This document shows, one piece after another, positions 1-8,874 of a stretch of DNA of 64,000 nt. The notes beneath the pieces were generated by a model, which saw only the letters and a list, made by a program, of their open reading frames with translations, ran no database searches and was not told the origin of the DNA. The DNA is from Candidatus Yanofskybacteria bacterium RIFCSPHIGHO2_01_FULL_41_26 (GTDB taxonomy: Bacteria; Patescibacteriota; Minisyncoccia; 2-02-FULL-40-12; GWA2-44-9): positions 21,339 through 85,338 of the forward strand of contig MGJB01000017.1 in NCBI GenBank assembly GCA_001794055.1. Reading direction: 5' to 3'. The stretch's first letter is position 1, and every line of letters begins with the position of its first letter. The position numbers were made by a program, and so were the translations under genes.

Positions 1-509
1 GTGGAAATTTGAAATCCATCAGATCCGTCCTGCCAATTCCTAAATCTGAATGTCCTCTGTAAAAAAGCTCCTATGCCCTGATATGGATCATCTGTGCAGA
101 ATATCGATTTTCCATCATCAATATTTCTATAATCGCTTCCTGAAAACAGATCCGTACCAGTAATAACAGTAAAAGAAGAATTATCAACTATGGGCGAACC
201 GTCTTGGTTATACCCCGTGATTTCATATTTGCGGAGGTCATACCTTAAATCTGCTATGTCTCGGTTCATTTTCTGAGCAATGGCAATAGCACCGTTTGGT
301 TGTTCAACACCATTTGCACATGGAGTTTCGTCGGCTTCAGCCCAAAACTCACCGGTTACAGTAACATTTTGAGCTTCGCCTTGGTTAAATAAAAGAGGAG
401 TAGTTTCCAGTGCTCCCGAAAAGGCTAGGGATTCATTCTTCAGCAACAAAATTCCGGCAAACATTAAAAAGCCTACAAAAAACACTTTAAATAATCCCTG
501 TTTGTTCAT
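1..509 (-). CDS. secreted hypothetical protein, 5' end and start in window, 3' end off window
   Basis: Minus-strand ATG at 507-509. Translation MNKQGLFKVFFVGFLMFAGILLLKNESLAFSG has signal-peptide character. Open to position 1. Absent from ORF track because partial. Confidence 0.4.
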   Translation of the reverse strand, partial: MNKQGLFKVFFVGFLMFAGILLLKNESLAFSGALETTPLLFNQGEAQNVTVTGEFWAEADETPCANGVEQPNGAIAIAQKMNRDIADLRYDLRKYEITGYNQDGSPIVDNSSFTVITGTDLFSGSDYRNIDDGKSIFCTDDPYQGIGAFLQRTFRFRNWQDGSDGFQIS

Positions 510-533
510 TACCTATAATTATAGATCTATTTT

Positions 534-577
534 AAAAAACAAAAAAGGAGGCAATGCACATACGGCATCTGCCTCCT
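534..577 (-). terminator. rho-independent terminator downstream of lipoprotein gene
   Basis: GGAGGCA/TGCCTCC stem 547-577 followed on minus strand by a T-run (plus-strand A-run 534-546). Confidence 0.4.
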
Positions 578-581
578 GTCC

Positions 582-1064
582 TTACTGTTGTATAGTACAG
601 GCGTTCGTCAGGGTGAATCTTGCATATTCACCCCCAAGGTCGCCTGACACCATCTTTGTTAACTCGATCATCTCACCGATCAGTAACCTCCTACCGACAA
701 TGTGGGAACTACTGGACCCGCCGAAAATGAAGCGCGCGTCATCACGGGCCCACATTTCGTACTCTCCTGGGCTGATATTCTCAAACCCAGAGACGCTAAT
801 CCAATGGCCGTTCGGCTCGTTGTCCCCCAAACGGACAACGCCGAACGCCTGCCACTGGAATGCTTGCCCAGTGGCAGTACGCATCTTGATGTCAGGCGTT
901 ACGTTTTTAGACGTAAAGTCTGAAATTTCCTGACGGAAATAATGAACGGGTGCAAGCGTGCACCTCTTGTTAGGATCCGTTGGTTTCGTCGGCGATCCTC
1001 CGCACGCAAGGAGCGTGCCGGACACGACGGCGGCCAAAAAGCCATTCAGCAGATTCTTCGTCAT
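582..1064 (-). CDS. putative lipoprotein, compositionally atypical (GC about 53%)
   Basis: 160 aa ORF. N-terminal signal with LLAC lipobox. GC clearly above surrounding DNA. Confidence 0.5.
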   Translation of the reverse strand: MTKNLLNGFLAAVVSGTLLACGGSPTKPTDPNKRCTLAPVHYFRQEISDFTSKNVTPDIKMRTATGQAFQWQAFGVVRLGDNEPNGHWISVSGFENISPGEYEMWARDDARFIFGGSSSSHIVGRRLLIGEMIELTKMVSGDLGGEYARFTLTNACTIQQ

Positions 1065-1197
1065 TGTCGCACCCTCCTTTCTTCGGGGTTTGAATTGTCA
1101 GGCGGTGCAGCGGAATGCCACACCGGTACATATCTATATTATAACACTTTTGCTACCATAAAGTCAACAGCCAAAAATAAGGGTATTGTTGGCTGTT

Positions 1198-1644
1198 TTA
1201 GTAATTTTGGGGAACATCTATTTTATCCACGAGTTGTTCTGTTTTATCGTAGGGTAAGGTCGAAAAGTATGCCACTATTTTGTCACCAATTTTAATTTCG
1301 GATAATTTTATATTTTGGTAACTGAAACCTTTTTTAGAAAGGCTAGACCAGGTATAAAGAGTTGCGTTACTAGTTATGGCAATTTTCGCCTCATACTTGA
1401 TAACTGTTTGGCCATCTGTTTTATAAGCAACCGGAGCGGTATAGTATATTTTGTTATTTTCTATTTTATCTACCTTACCGCTGACCGAGTATGTTTTAAT
1501 CTTAATATCATCCGGAGGCAAGACAAGCTTCTCTTGTTCTTGAGTAGTTATGTTTATTTTTATGTAATTTAAAAACCAAACCGCCAAAGCCACGACCAAG
1601 ACAGCAATAATAAAAGTTATTTTCCTTTCCAGGTCTTTTTTCAT
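1198..1644 (-). CDS. membrane-anchored hypothetical protein
   Basis: 148 aa ORF with an N-terminal TM helix (FIIAVLVVALAVWFL) and AT-rich codon usage like neighbours. Confidence 0.45.
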   Translation of the reverse strand: MKKDLERKITFIIAVLVVALAVWFLNYIKINITTQEQEKLVLPPDDIKIKTYSVSGKVDKIENNKIYYTAPVAYKTDGQTVIKYEAKIAITSNATLYTWSSLSKKGFSYQNIKLSEIKIGDKIVAYFSTLPYDKTEQLVDKIDVPQNY

Positions 1645-1771
1645 TTGTTTTGTGCCTAAAATTAAAACAAATACCGGCTAATCATAACTGCTGTATTAAT
1701 TATAACAGGTTCAGCAAAAAATACTCGCGACTTGTTCACAACAAAACCCGCCTTAGCGGGTTTACTGTTTA

Positions 1772-2470
1772 CTAAAATATCTTTATTCCTACGCCGATAT
1801 AAAGCACGGGTATTAAATTTCTTTCTTTTTTTGAACTTTGAAAATCCAGGTTGCCGTCATCCGAGAAATAAAACTCATTAACAACAAAACCATTAATTCC
1901 AAACCTAGCGCCGCCTTCAAACATCATCGGTCCGGCTTTTCGACTCAAGCCAGTCTCAAAAAACAGGCCCGCCAAACCGGTACTTTTGATATCAAAGGGC
2001 ACATTGGCATTTCTTTCAAGATACACTCTCTCATAAGAAACAAGCTTGTCACCGGAATATTTAAAGTTGGTGTGCTCAAAACGGGGCGAGGGTTTGCCCC
2101 ACTCCATGCCTACCCCCGGCTTAAAGTCAAACCATCTTGTTTTGAATTTCCAGAATAACTTTCCATTAACAAAGTGGCCGTAATTGGAGCTGGAGAAATC
2201 TTCTTTTTTGTAGCCAAAGGAGAAACCACTGATAGTTAATCGGTTCCGTGCCATATAATGCTCAATCCCGATCCAAAAATCATTAAAGCGGTAATTGTTG
2301 CCGTAAAGATCGAAATTTCCTCGTATTAATTCTGTTTTAACATAAGTTCCGGAATTTTCTTTTTGGAAATTCTTATCTTTCGACGAATCATCCTGCGCAA
2401 ATAACGAGCTACCAAAAAAACCGAACAAAAAGATAATCAAAAACAAACGAGCTTTATTTCTTAGAGACAT
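1772..2470 (-). CDS. secreted hypothetical protein (Tyr/Phe/Gly-rich)
   Basis: 232 aa ORF with N-terminal signal peptide (LFLIIFLFGFFGSSLFAQD). No recognisable motif. Confidence 0.5.
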   Translation of the reverse strand: MSLRNKARLFLIIFLFGFFGSSLFAQDDSSKDKNFQKENSGTYVKTELIRGNFDLYGNNYRFNDFWIGIEHYMARNRLTISGFSFGYKKEDFSSSNYGHFVNGKLFWKFKTRWFDFKPGVGMEWGKPSPRFEHTNFKYSGDKLVSYERVYLERNANVPFDIKSTGLAGLFFETGLSRKAGPMMFEGGARFGINGFVVNEFYFSDDGNLDFQSSKKERNLIPVLYIGVGIKIF

Positions 2471-2472
2471 GC

Positions 2473-3423
2473 CTACTCCGTTCCCGCTAAAGCTTTAAAT
2501 AACGGCGAGTAGGTCTGATTAGGACCGCGCGGATTAAAAATTAAACTAAAACCAGAATCGGGAGGCGTGTCTCCGCTCCAAAGCGCATACCAATATATCC
2601 TTTCCGCCCCCAAGGAACTGGCTAAACGAGGATAGAAAGAACCCACATGATAAATCTGCCTGGCGGGATCAGAAATTCCAGTTTCGGTAACCCAAATCCT
2701 ATATTTACCCCCAAGATAACGATTTATGGCTGAAGCATAGCTAGCCAAAGCGCTATCGGTATAAACATTAATGGCAACTACGACTTTTTGCGGAGAAATC
2801 CTGTCCGGTTTAAGTCCCAGTTCAGACATTTTTCTTAATTCGTCAGCGCCATAGGAACCGGCACCGAACGTAGATTGGGTAACTAATGTCAAATGGGGAT
2901 ATTTTGATTGGACATGATCGTATATTTTCAAGAATGCTTTCATGTAATCCTCGATCGGCATATTACTGAACCCAGCCGATTTGTTAATTGTGCTTACTTC
3001 ATTCCCTATCTGGATAATCTGGACGCCTGGATTGAAAGAAATATACATATCCATCGTCTGCTCTATGTTCGAATCAAATAATCTTTCATTTGGAATCGAA
3101 CCGAACACTTCAATATCAAGAGATTTAATCATTTGCGTAACCCTATTAGGATTCACACCAATTGACAACCTGACTCCCCTTACCATGCCCCTTGACTTGA
3201 GAAGTTTCAGGGCAGTTTCATATCCATTTATGGCGCTCCCATCGTCATGAACAACGATATAAGGCGACCATCCAATTTGACCTTCCGGTGTATCCACCGG
3301 AATCAAGCCGTTACTCGATGTCGATGATATCGATGACGGGGCAGAAGGAGAAGTAAATTTAGAATTACAACCAGCTAAAAATACCACTAGAAAGACTGGA
3401 ACGGCCGCCTTCACTAAATTCAT
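2473..3423 (-). CDS. lipoprotein, putative TIM-barrel glycoside hydrolase
   Basis: 316 aa ORF. Signal with AGC lipobox. IQIGNEV and WVTETG motifs resemble catalytic Glu motifs of clan GH-A hydrolases. Confidence 0.45.
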   Translation of the reverse strand: MNLVKAAVPVFLVVFLAGCNSKFTSPSAPSSISSTSSNGLIPVDTPEGQIGWSPYIVVHDDGSAINGYETALKLLKSRGMVRGVRLSIGVNPNRVTQMIKSLDIEVFGSIPNERLFDSNIEQTMDMYISFNPGVQIIQIGNEVSTINKSAGFSNMPIEDYMKAFLKIYDHVQSKYPHLTLVTQSTFGAGSYGADELRKMSELGLKPDRISPQKVVVAINVYTDSALASYASAINRYLGGKYRIWVTETGISDPARQIYHVGSFYPRLASSLGAERIYWYALWSGDTPPDSGFSLIFNPRGPNQTYSPLFKALAGTE

Positions 3424-3500
3424 TCCATGCCCTTTTTAAAAGGACGATAATAATAATTATTTAACATTAAATCCAACAAAAAACAATTCCAATCCCTTTT

Positions 3501-4802
3501 TTAGTTCAGAAGGCCGTTGATATCCGAAATGATTATTCTTTTCTGTTCCATTGAATCTCTGTCGCGAATAGTGACCGTACCATCTTCAAGCGTTTGGAAA
3601 TCAACTGTAATACAGACTGGCGTGCCAATTTCATCCTGCGAATAGTAGCGTTTTCCGATATTCCCTCGGTCGTCCCAGACAACAGAAAATTCTTTTCGGA
3701 GCGAGTCGTAAATTTCTTTAGCTTTTGAGACCAACTCCGGTTTGTTTTTTAATAACGGAAATACGGCCGCTTTGTAGGGCGCAAGTTTTGGATGGAGCTT
3801 CAGAACCACGCGGTCTTCCTCTTCGCAGTAAGCATCGAGTAAGAAAAATAGTAATGCCCGGTCAACTCCACCCGATGTTTCGATCACCCACGGAATAAAA
3901 CGCTCTTTAGTTTCCGGATCAAAATAAGACAAGTCCTGTCCGGAAAATTTACTGTGTCGCGACAAATCCCAATCGGAGCGATCGTGAATACCTTCGCATT
4001 CTCTCCAGCCAAACGGGGTCTCGTATTCGATGTCCCATGCTTCTCGAGCATAGTGCGCTAATTCTTCCGAATCTTGTTTGCGAAAATGAATCCTGTCTTT
4101 ATCCATGCCCAATGATAAATACCATTTCATCCTCAATTCTTTCCAATAACCAAACCATCTTTTCCATTCTTGTTGATCAGGTTTTATGTACCACTGAAGT
4201 TCCATCTGTTCAAATTCTCTAGATCGATATGTAAAATTTCCGGGGGTAATTTCATTGCGAAAGGCCTTGCCGATTTGAGCAATTCCGAATGGAATTTTTG
4301 GATGCATAGAATCAATAATATTTTTGAAATTAACATGAACGCCTTGTGTAATCTCTCCCCTCAAATAGACGCTCGACTTTTCACTCTCAACAACCCCAAG
4401 TTTTGCTTCAACTAACAAATTGAATTTTTTGGGCTCAGTCCAGTCAATGTTTTCATTTCTTTTTTTGTGCCATTCTTCATGGTGTTTTTTTTCTTCGTTT
4501 TGATCGGACCTTACTCTTTCGTGGCAAACTTTGCACTCAATGAGTGGATCATTAAATGTCTCGGTATGGCCGGAACTCTGCCAAACTTTCGGATTCATCA
4601 GAATAGCGGCTTGGATTCCAAAAATATTTTCATTTGATTTCACAACGCTGTCCCACCACGACTGTTTTAGATTGTGCTTAAGCTCAGCGCCCAACGGTCC
4701 GTAATCCCATGTGCCACGCAATCCGCCATAAATCTCCGACCCCGGAAATATGAACCCGCGCCGCTTGCATAGTGAAACTATTTTTTCCAATTTATCAGAC
4801 AT
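3501..4802 (-). CDS. glyQS: glycyl-tRNA synthetase, alpha2 dimeric type
   Basis: 433 aa. N-terminus KRRGFIFPGSEIYGGLRGTWDYGPLG and class II motifs are typical of GlyQS. Confidence 0.9.
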   Translation of the reverse strand: MSDKLEKIVSLCKRRGFIFPGSEIYGGLRGTWDYGPLGAELKHNLKQSWWDSVVKSNENIFGIQAAILMNPKVWQSSGHTETFNDPLIECKVCHERVRSDQNEEKKHHEEWHKKRNENIDWTEPKKFNLLVEAKLGVVESEKSSVYLRGEITQGVHVNFKNIIDSMHPKIPFGIAQIGKAFRNEITPGNFTYRSREFEQMELQWYIKPDQQEWKRWFGYWKELRMKWYLSLGMDKDRIHFRKQDSEELAHYAREAWDIEYETPFGWRECEGIHDRSDWDLSRHSKFSGQDLSYFDPETKERFIPWVIETSGGVDRALLFFLLDAYCEEEDRVVLKLHPKLAPYKAAVFPLLKNKPELVSKAKEIYDSLRKEFSVVWDDRGNIGKRYYSQDEIGTPVCITVDFQTLEDGTVTIRDRDSMEQKRIIISDINGLLN

Positions 4803-4835
4803 TGGTTTAGAAATTAGTAATTAATAATTAGAAAT

Positions 4836-6584
4836 TTACTGCACTACCCCTTCTCCTGAACGATCGACAAGATCGTTGCTAGAAATATCCCGGACAGGAA
4901 CAATTATATTCTGTTTGGTAAAAGTATCCACCCCTGAAAGTTTGGAATCTTTTACTAGAAAGACTGGGCTTCCTGTTTGGCTGGTTGACGGATTTATACT
5001 TATCTGAAAACTTGCCTCATATTTAGATCCGGTCACGCCAACTCCTTGCGGTAAAACTCCGGGATTCCAAGCCACTTCGGAAATATTTTTATTGAATGTC
5101 GGTTCCGGCTGTCCCGAACCGACACTTACAATGCTTCTCCAATTTACGCCCGCTGACAATAAGCCGGTTATTTTAACTCCGCTCATATCATTTCCAGGGT
5201 TGGTAATCTGCCAATGAATCGTAAAAGAGGTCTCCTTTCCAACTTCCGGCGGCAAAGGGCCGGACGAACCAAAAGCTGTATCATTATAGTAAGCCGTCTG
5301 TTTTAGCGTCGGCTGAGTAGATATTTTAGTAACCAGATTGGATTCCGCAAAAATTTCATCCCCACCAATGTCGGACGGCACATTCGGAGTACTTAATCTT
5401 GTTGAAGCCCTAACAAAAAGATTTTTGGAACCGGTTGAGCCAGAAGGAATACCGTCCTTAAGCTTAATCCTGAAAGATACCTGCCCCTTTTTGTTGGGAG
5501 ACAGATTTGCAAAATCCGATATCGTGCTTGCGTTCCATAAAATTGTACCATTTGAACTGTCGTAATAACCGCCTTTCGTATCTAAGCTTGAAATGTCATA
5601 CATGTCCCCTTCCAATTTGATTAGCAAGTTTACTCCAATAAGATTGTAGTTGGAACTATTGAAATATTTGATTGTATAATTTAAATCATCGCCGGCAAAA
5701 GCAGAGTAATCAGAAGAATCGTTTACCGAGATCGCCGTACCCAATAAAGCATTGGCAACAACTGATGAAGTTTCGGATTTTTCATAATCAATATATTGAT
5801 CGCCTATTTTTCTTTTTAAAGCTACGGAGATATTTTTTGTTTCTCCTTCTTTTCCATTCAAAAGTCCGCTAATGCTTATCCTTCCGCCGTTACCCTTTTT
5901 GAGAACAGGAATGACCCAAACATAATTTTCCGTGTTTGGCGAAGGAGATGATTTCTGAACACTAAACCCATCAGGATACTTAAACTCAAATCTCAAATCA
6001 TAAATATCACCGTTGGACTCGTTTCTGTAATCCAACACATAACTGATCGCTTGGCCGGGAACTGAATTAGGAGGAGCAGATAAAGTGAGAGACACCGGCA
6101 GACTAATCATCGTGGTAGAGAGAGAAGCAGTCTTTTCAAAAACAGTTTTTAAACTTCCCGCCCCAAAAGACAGATCAATTTTTGCTGTTTTGATATTTCC
6201 CCTGTTGCCCACCAAAAAAGCGGTGAAATCTTTTTCTCCGGACTGACCAACGGCCAACTGGTCTAAAGTGAATATTTCTGAAAATGTATCTTTTCCGTCT
6301 AAGACAGGCCCGCCTCCAGATGGCAAAACAACCGAACCGTCAGGATAAGTAAACTTGAAACTAAGGCTGTTCAGGTTCAGCTTGGTGGTATTTGAATACT
6401 TAACCTTATAAACAACCTCGTCTCCCACAGACGCCTGGGTCGGACCTTCTATTTCCAGTTTGACCCCGGATTCAGAAAAAGACGGGCTTCCAAACCAAAA
6501 CGAAAGGAAACTGACGATAGCCAGCAACAAAGCCAGTAAGATCAGCCATTTCAAAAGTTTATTGTGTGAATATAAAAATTCCAT
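4836..6584 (-). CDS. large membrane-anchored surface protein with repeated beta-rich domains (DUF11/CARDB-like)
   Basis: 582 aa with N-terminal TM/signal. Ser/Thr/Asn/Gly-rich repetitive Ig-like segments. Confidence 0.55.
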   Translation of the reverse strand: MEFLYSHNKLLKWLILLALLLAIVSFLSFWFGSPSFSESGVKLEIEGPTQASVGDEVVYKVKYSNTTKLNLNSLSFKFTYPDGSVVLPSGGGPVLDGKDTFSEIFTLDQLAVGQSGEKDFTAFLVGNRGNIKTAKIDLSFGAGSLKTVFEKTASLSTTMISLPVSLTLSAPPNSVPGQAISYVLDYRNESNGDIYDLRFEFKYPDGFSVQKSSPSPNTENYVWVIPVLKKGNGGRISISGLLNGKEGETKNISVALKRKIGDQYIDYEKSETSSVVANALLGTAISVNDSSDYSAFAGDDLNYTIKYFNSSNYNLIGVNLLIKLEGDMYDISSLDTKGGYYDSSNGTILWNASTISDFANLSPNKKGQVSFRIKLKDGIPSGSTGSKNLFVRASTRLSTPNVPSDIGGDEIFAESNLVTKISTQPTLKQTAYYNDTAFGSSGPLPPEVGKETSFTIHWQITNPGNDMSGVKITGLLSAGVNWRSIVSVGSGQPEPTFNKNISEVAWNPGVLPQGVGVTGSKYEASFQISINPSTSQTGSPVFLVKDSKLSGVDTFTKQNIIVPVRDISSNDLVDRSGEGVVQ

Positions 6585-6594
6585 CTGCTCAATC

Positions 6595-7197
6595 TTATCT
6601 TAACACAGAATGGAGAAAATTTAATGACTTTAATCTAAATCCGGCGTTGTATTCAAAAGCGTCATCCAGCATTGTAAATCCGGGCCGAGTTGCGTCAAAA
6701 GAAGCTGAAGCGGCAATTTCGGGAGAATACCCGAGCAATCCCAGCAAAGCAAACTGTTTTTGTCTTAAAAAAGTTAAGCTCGGCTCAAACCGGTTTAACT
6801 TATCAAACAGACCGGTCATAAAATTCCAAAGTTTTTCATCTTTATCCATTTCGGGAACCATCTTATCAATCACTTCGGAGAAAAAACTCGCAACCGCCAA
6901 AGAAAGAATCGAGCTTTTCAAATCCCGGTATGAATTCTCCGACTGGGCTCCGGCAATTACCGGCAAGGACCGCCCTTGTATAAGATCAAACTCCACAAGG
7001 TTTAAGGTATCTAAATGCATGGCTTGAATAGAACTGTGTTTTAAAATACTTTTAGCAATGGCGGTAAGCTTCCCAAGTTCCTGTGTATAGCAAGTCACGA
7101 ACTGATCGAATTCGTTGGTGTTTTGCTTTTTTATAATTATCGCCTTAATCAGCATTTGATATTTGAAACTTTGATATATTGACAGTTTTGCCGCCAT
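6595..7197 (-). CDS. recO: DNA repair protein RecO-like
   Basis: 200 aa. N-terminal OB-fold-like region and C-terminal helical region resemble short RecO. Confidence 0.5.
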   Translation of the reverse strand: MAAKLSIYQSFKYQMLIKAIIIKKQNTNEFDQFVTCYTQELGKLTAIAKSILKHSSIQAMHLDTLNLVEFDLIQGRSLPVIAGAQSENSYRDLKSSILSLAVASFFSEVIDKMVPEMDKDEKLWNFMTGLFDKLNRFEPSLTFLRQKQFALLGLLGYSPEIAASASFDATRPGFTMLDDAFEYNAGFRLKSLNFLHSVLR

Positions 7198-7329
7198 TTA
7201 CTAATATTATACTGGCATTAAACACTTTTCTGGAGGTTTGAAATGAATGCACTTCGCCTCTTGTTCCTTGCAATTTTGACACTCCTGTCATTGCCGTTCC
7301 TCCCTCGTGAATAGCTACATTCAGCAACT

Positions 7330-7482
7330 ATGAAAATTTTTGGTGTTGGTGTTTACACGCCAAACGATGTGGGTATCATGATGCTCCTGGGATTATTCGG
7401 AGTAATAGGGGTCATGGTCATAAACTCAGTAATCTGGGCACTTTTTATCGAACCAGTTTGTTTGCGATTGCGAAAGTAAACT
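7330..7482 (+). CDS. possible small hydrophobic peptide (50 aa)
   Basis: ATG at 7330. MKIFGVGVYTPNDVGIMMLLGLFGVIGVMVINSVIWALFIEP has a single TM helix. Below ORF-track size cutoff and no clear SD. Confidence 0.2.
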
Positions 7483-7559
7483 CATCGTCCGGAACCGTTT
7501 AGCGGCTCCTTTTTTATTCCGCTCTTCAGTTTGTTTAATTTTTTGTTCTAAATTATCCA

Positions 7560-7976
7560 TTACAAATTTGTAAGATAGGTTCTAATAAATTTATCAGTTG
7601 CCATAACCGTTTCTTTTTTTATTTTTGGGTTGCTAGACGCAACCCATTTCGCAAAGTTATACAATTCTGTATTATCAACCCTAATCCACTTATTATTTTT
7701 ATACAAAAAGTAAAACAAAGTAACCATGGCAATTCTTTTGTTGCCGTTTTTAAAAGGATGGTTTTTTATCATCAAATAAAAAAGTACTGCCGCCTTTTCA
7801 ATCAGTCCCTTATATAATTTCTTTCGGCTAAATGTTTGGAATGGCATCGCTAAGCAGCTCTCTAGAATATTCGGATAACGAGAGCCAAAATCGGGAATCG
7901 GCTCATTCCATTCCATAAACTTTTTAGCCAGACGATGGGCCACATATTCTATTTCCAAAATTGATAAAGATTTCAT
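7560..7976 (-). CDS. doc: Doc/Fic family toxin
   Basis: 138 aa. HPFKNGNKRIAM matches the Doc-type Fic motif HxFx(D/N)(A/G)NKR. Confidence 0.75.
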   Translation of the reverse strand: MKSLSILEIEYVAHRLAKKFMEWNEPIPDFGSRYPNILESCLAMPFQTFSRKKLYKGLIEKAAVLFYLMIKNHPFKNGNKRIAMVTLFYFLYKNNKWIRVDNTELYNFAKWVASSNPKIKKETVMATDKFIRTYLTNL

Positions 7977-8224
7977 TCTTGGCCAAGTAACTTTAAGGTT
8001 TCGCCGTATTCCTTAACGGTCCGGTCAATTGCCTCGTCAATCTCGCTCTTTTTTTGGGATGTTAAAAAATTGCTGGATAGGCCAAGCATGTCCTTCTCCG
8101 CAATAATAAAGTTACGGCCGACTTTTTTGGCTTTAATCTGGCCGCTTTTTATTTTCTTGAATACGGCCACTCGACTTATCCCCAGCATCTTGGCCACTTC
8201 GCTTGTTGAAAGATATTTATTCAT
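7973..8224 (-). CDS. HTH DNA-binding protein, likely antitoxin partner of Doc
   Basis: 83 aa. LSTSEVAKMLGISRVAVFKKIKSGQI is a helix-turn-helix. Its stop overlaps the Doc gene start by 4 nt. Confidence 0.6.
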   Translation of the reverse strand: MNKYLSTSEVAKMLGISRVAVFKKIKSGQIKAKKVGRNFIIAEKDMLGLSSNFLTSQKKSEIDEAIDRTVKEYGETLKLLGQE

Positions 8225-8274
8225 AATGATAAGTTATCACATGTTAACCTTATGGTCAATGGTTAACATAGGAT

Positions 8275-8874
8275 TTATTCCGCCATTTTTAATAATTCTT
8301 CCAAAACGACCGAGAGTTCGACAACTCCGTCTTCTTCGGAAATGTGGCCTTTATTTTTCAGAACGATAATCTTCGCGTTTAAATTATTTCTAAACAATTC
8401 CGAGTTAATTAAAGAAACATAGGGGTCATTATCCGAAGCAATCAAGACAAAATTATTTGTATGCTGTTTTGTTTTCTCAAAATCAATTGGTGTGTTTATC
8501 CACTCATCGGCTATTTCTCTAGTATAAGTTTCGTCCCAGACTCCATCAGTTAAATTAAACCATCCGGCTACGAATACTACTCCGCCAACTTTTTGGTCGT
8601 CAGGCAATTGCTCCAAGTACCTCATTATCGCCTGGCAACCGATGCTATGACCAACAAAGTAAGTATTCTCGTCAGTCAACCCTACAACTTCGGACAGCTT
8701 TCTCAACCAAGATTTTATAGTAGGCTTATCTGTGTCGGGCATCTCCGGAATCATTACTTCGAATCCTCTCGTCTCTAATTCGTTCTTAAGCCAAACCAGC
8801 CACTCCTCGTTTGGCCAACCTCCCCAACCGTGAATTATGAGCACTCGTTTTTTCATTTCCTCAGTCCAATCCAA
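8275..8874 (-). CDS. YdeN/RBBP9-family alpha/beta serine hydrolase
   Basis: 199 aa. VGHSIGC nucleophile elbow. Size and layout match the Ser_hydrolase family. Start probably at the internal Met (about 8856), overlapping the ileS stop. Confidence 0.7.
   Translation of the reverse strand: MDWTEEMKKRVLIIHGWGGWPNEEWLVWLKNELETRGFEVMIPEMPDTDKPTIKSWLRKLSEVVGLTDENTYFVGHSIGCQAIMRYLEQLPDDQKVGGVVFVAGWFNLTDGVWDETYTREIADEWINTPIDFEKTKQHTNNFVLIASDNDPYVSLINSELFRNNLNAKIIVLKNKGHISEEDGVVELSVVLEELLKMAE

Noticed and set aside
1150-1195. Hairpin AACAGCCAA…TTGGCTGTT considered as terminator
   Set aside because: No adequate T-run on the strand of the upstream gene. Left uncalled.
502-1295. Plus-strand ORFs 502..933, 702..923, 942..1295, 958..1161
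   Set aside because: Antisense to the GC-rich lipoprotein gene and its flanks. No RBS. Composition artefacts.
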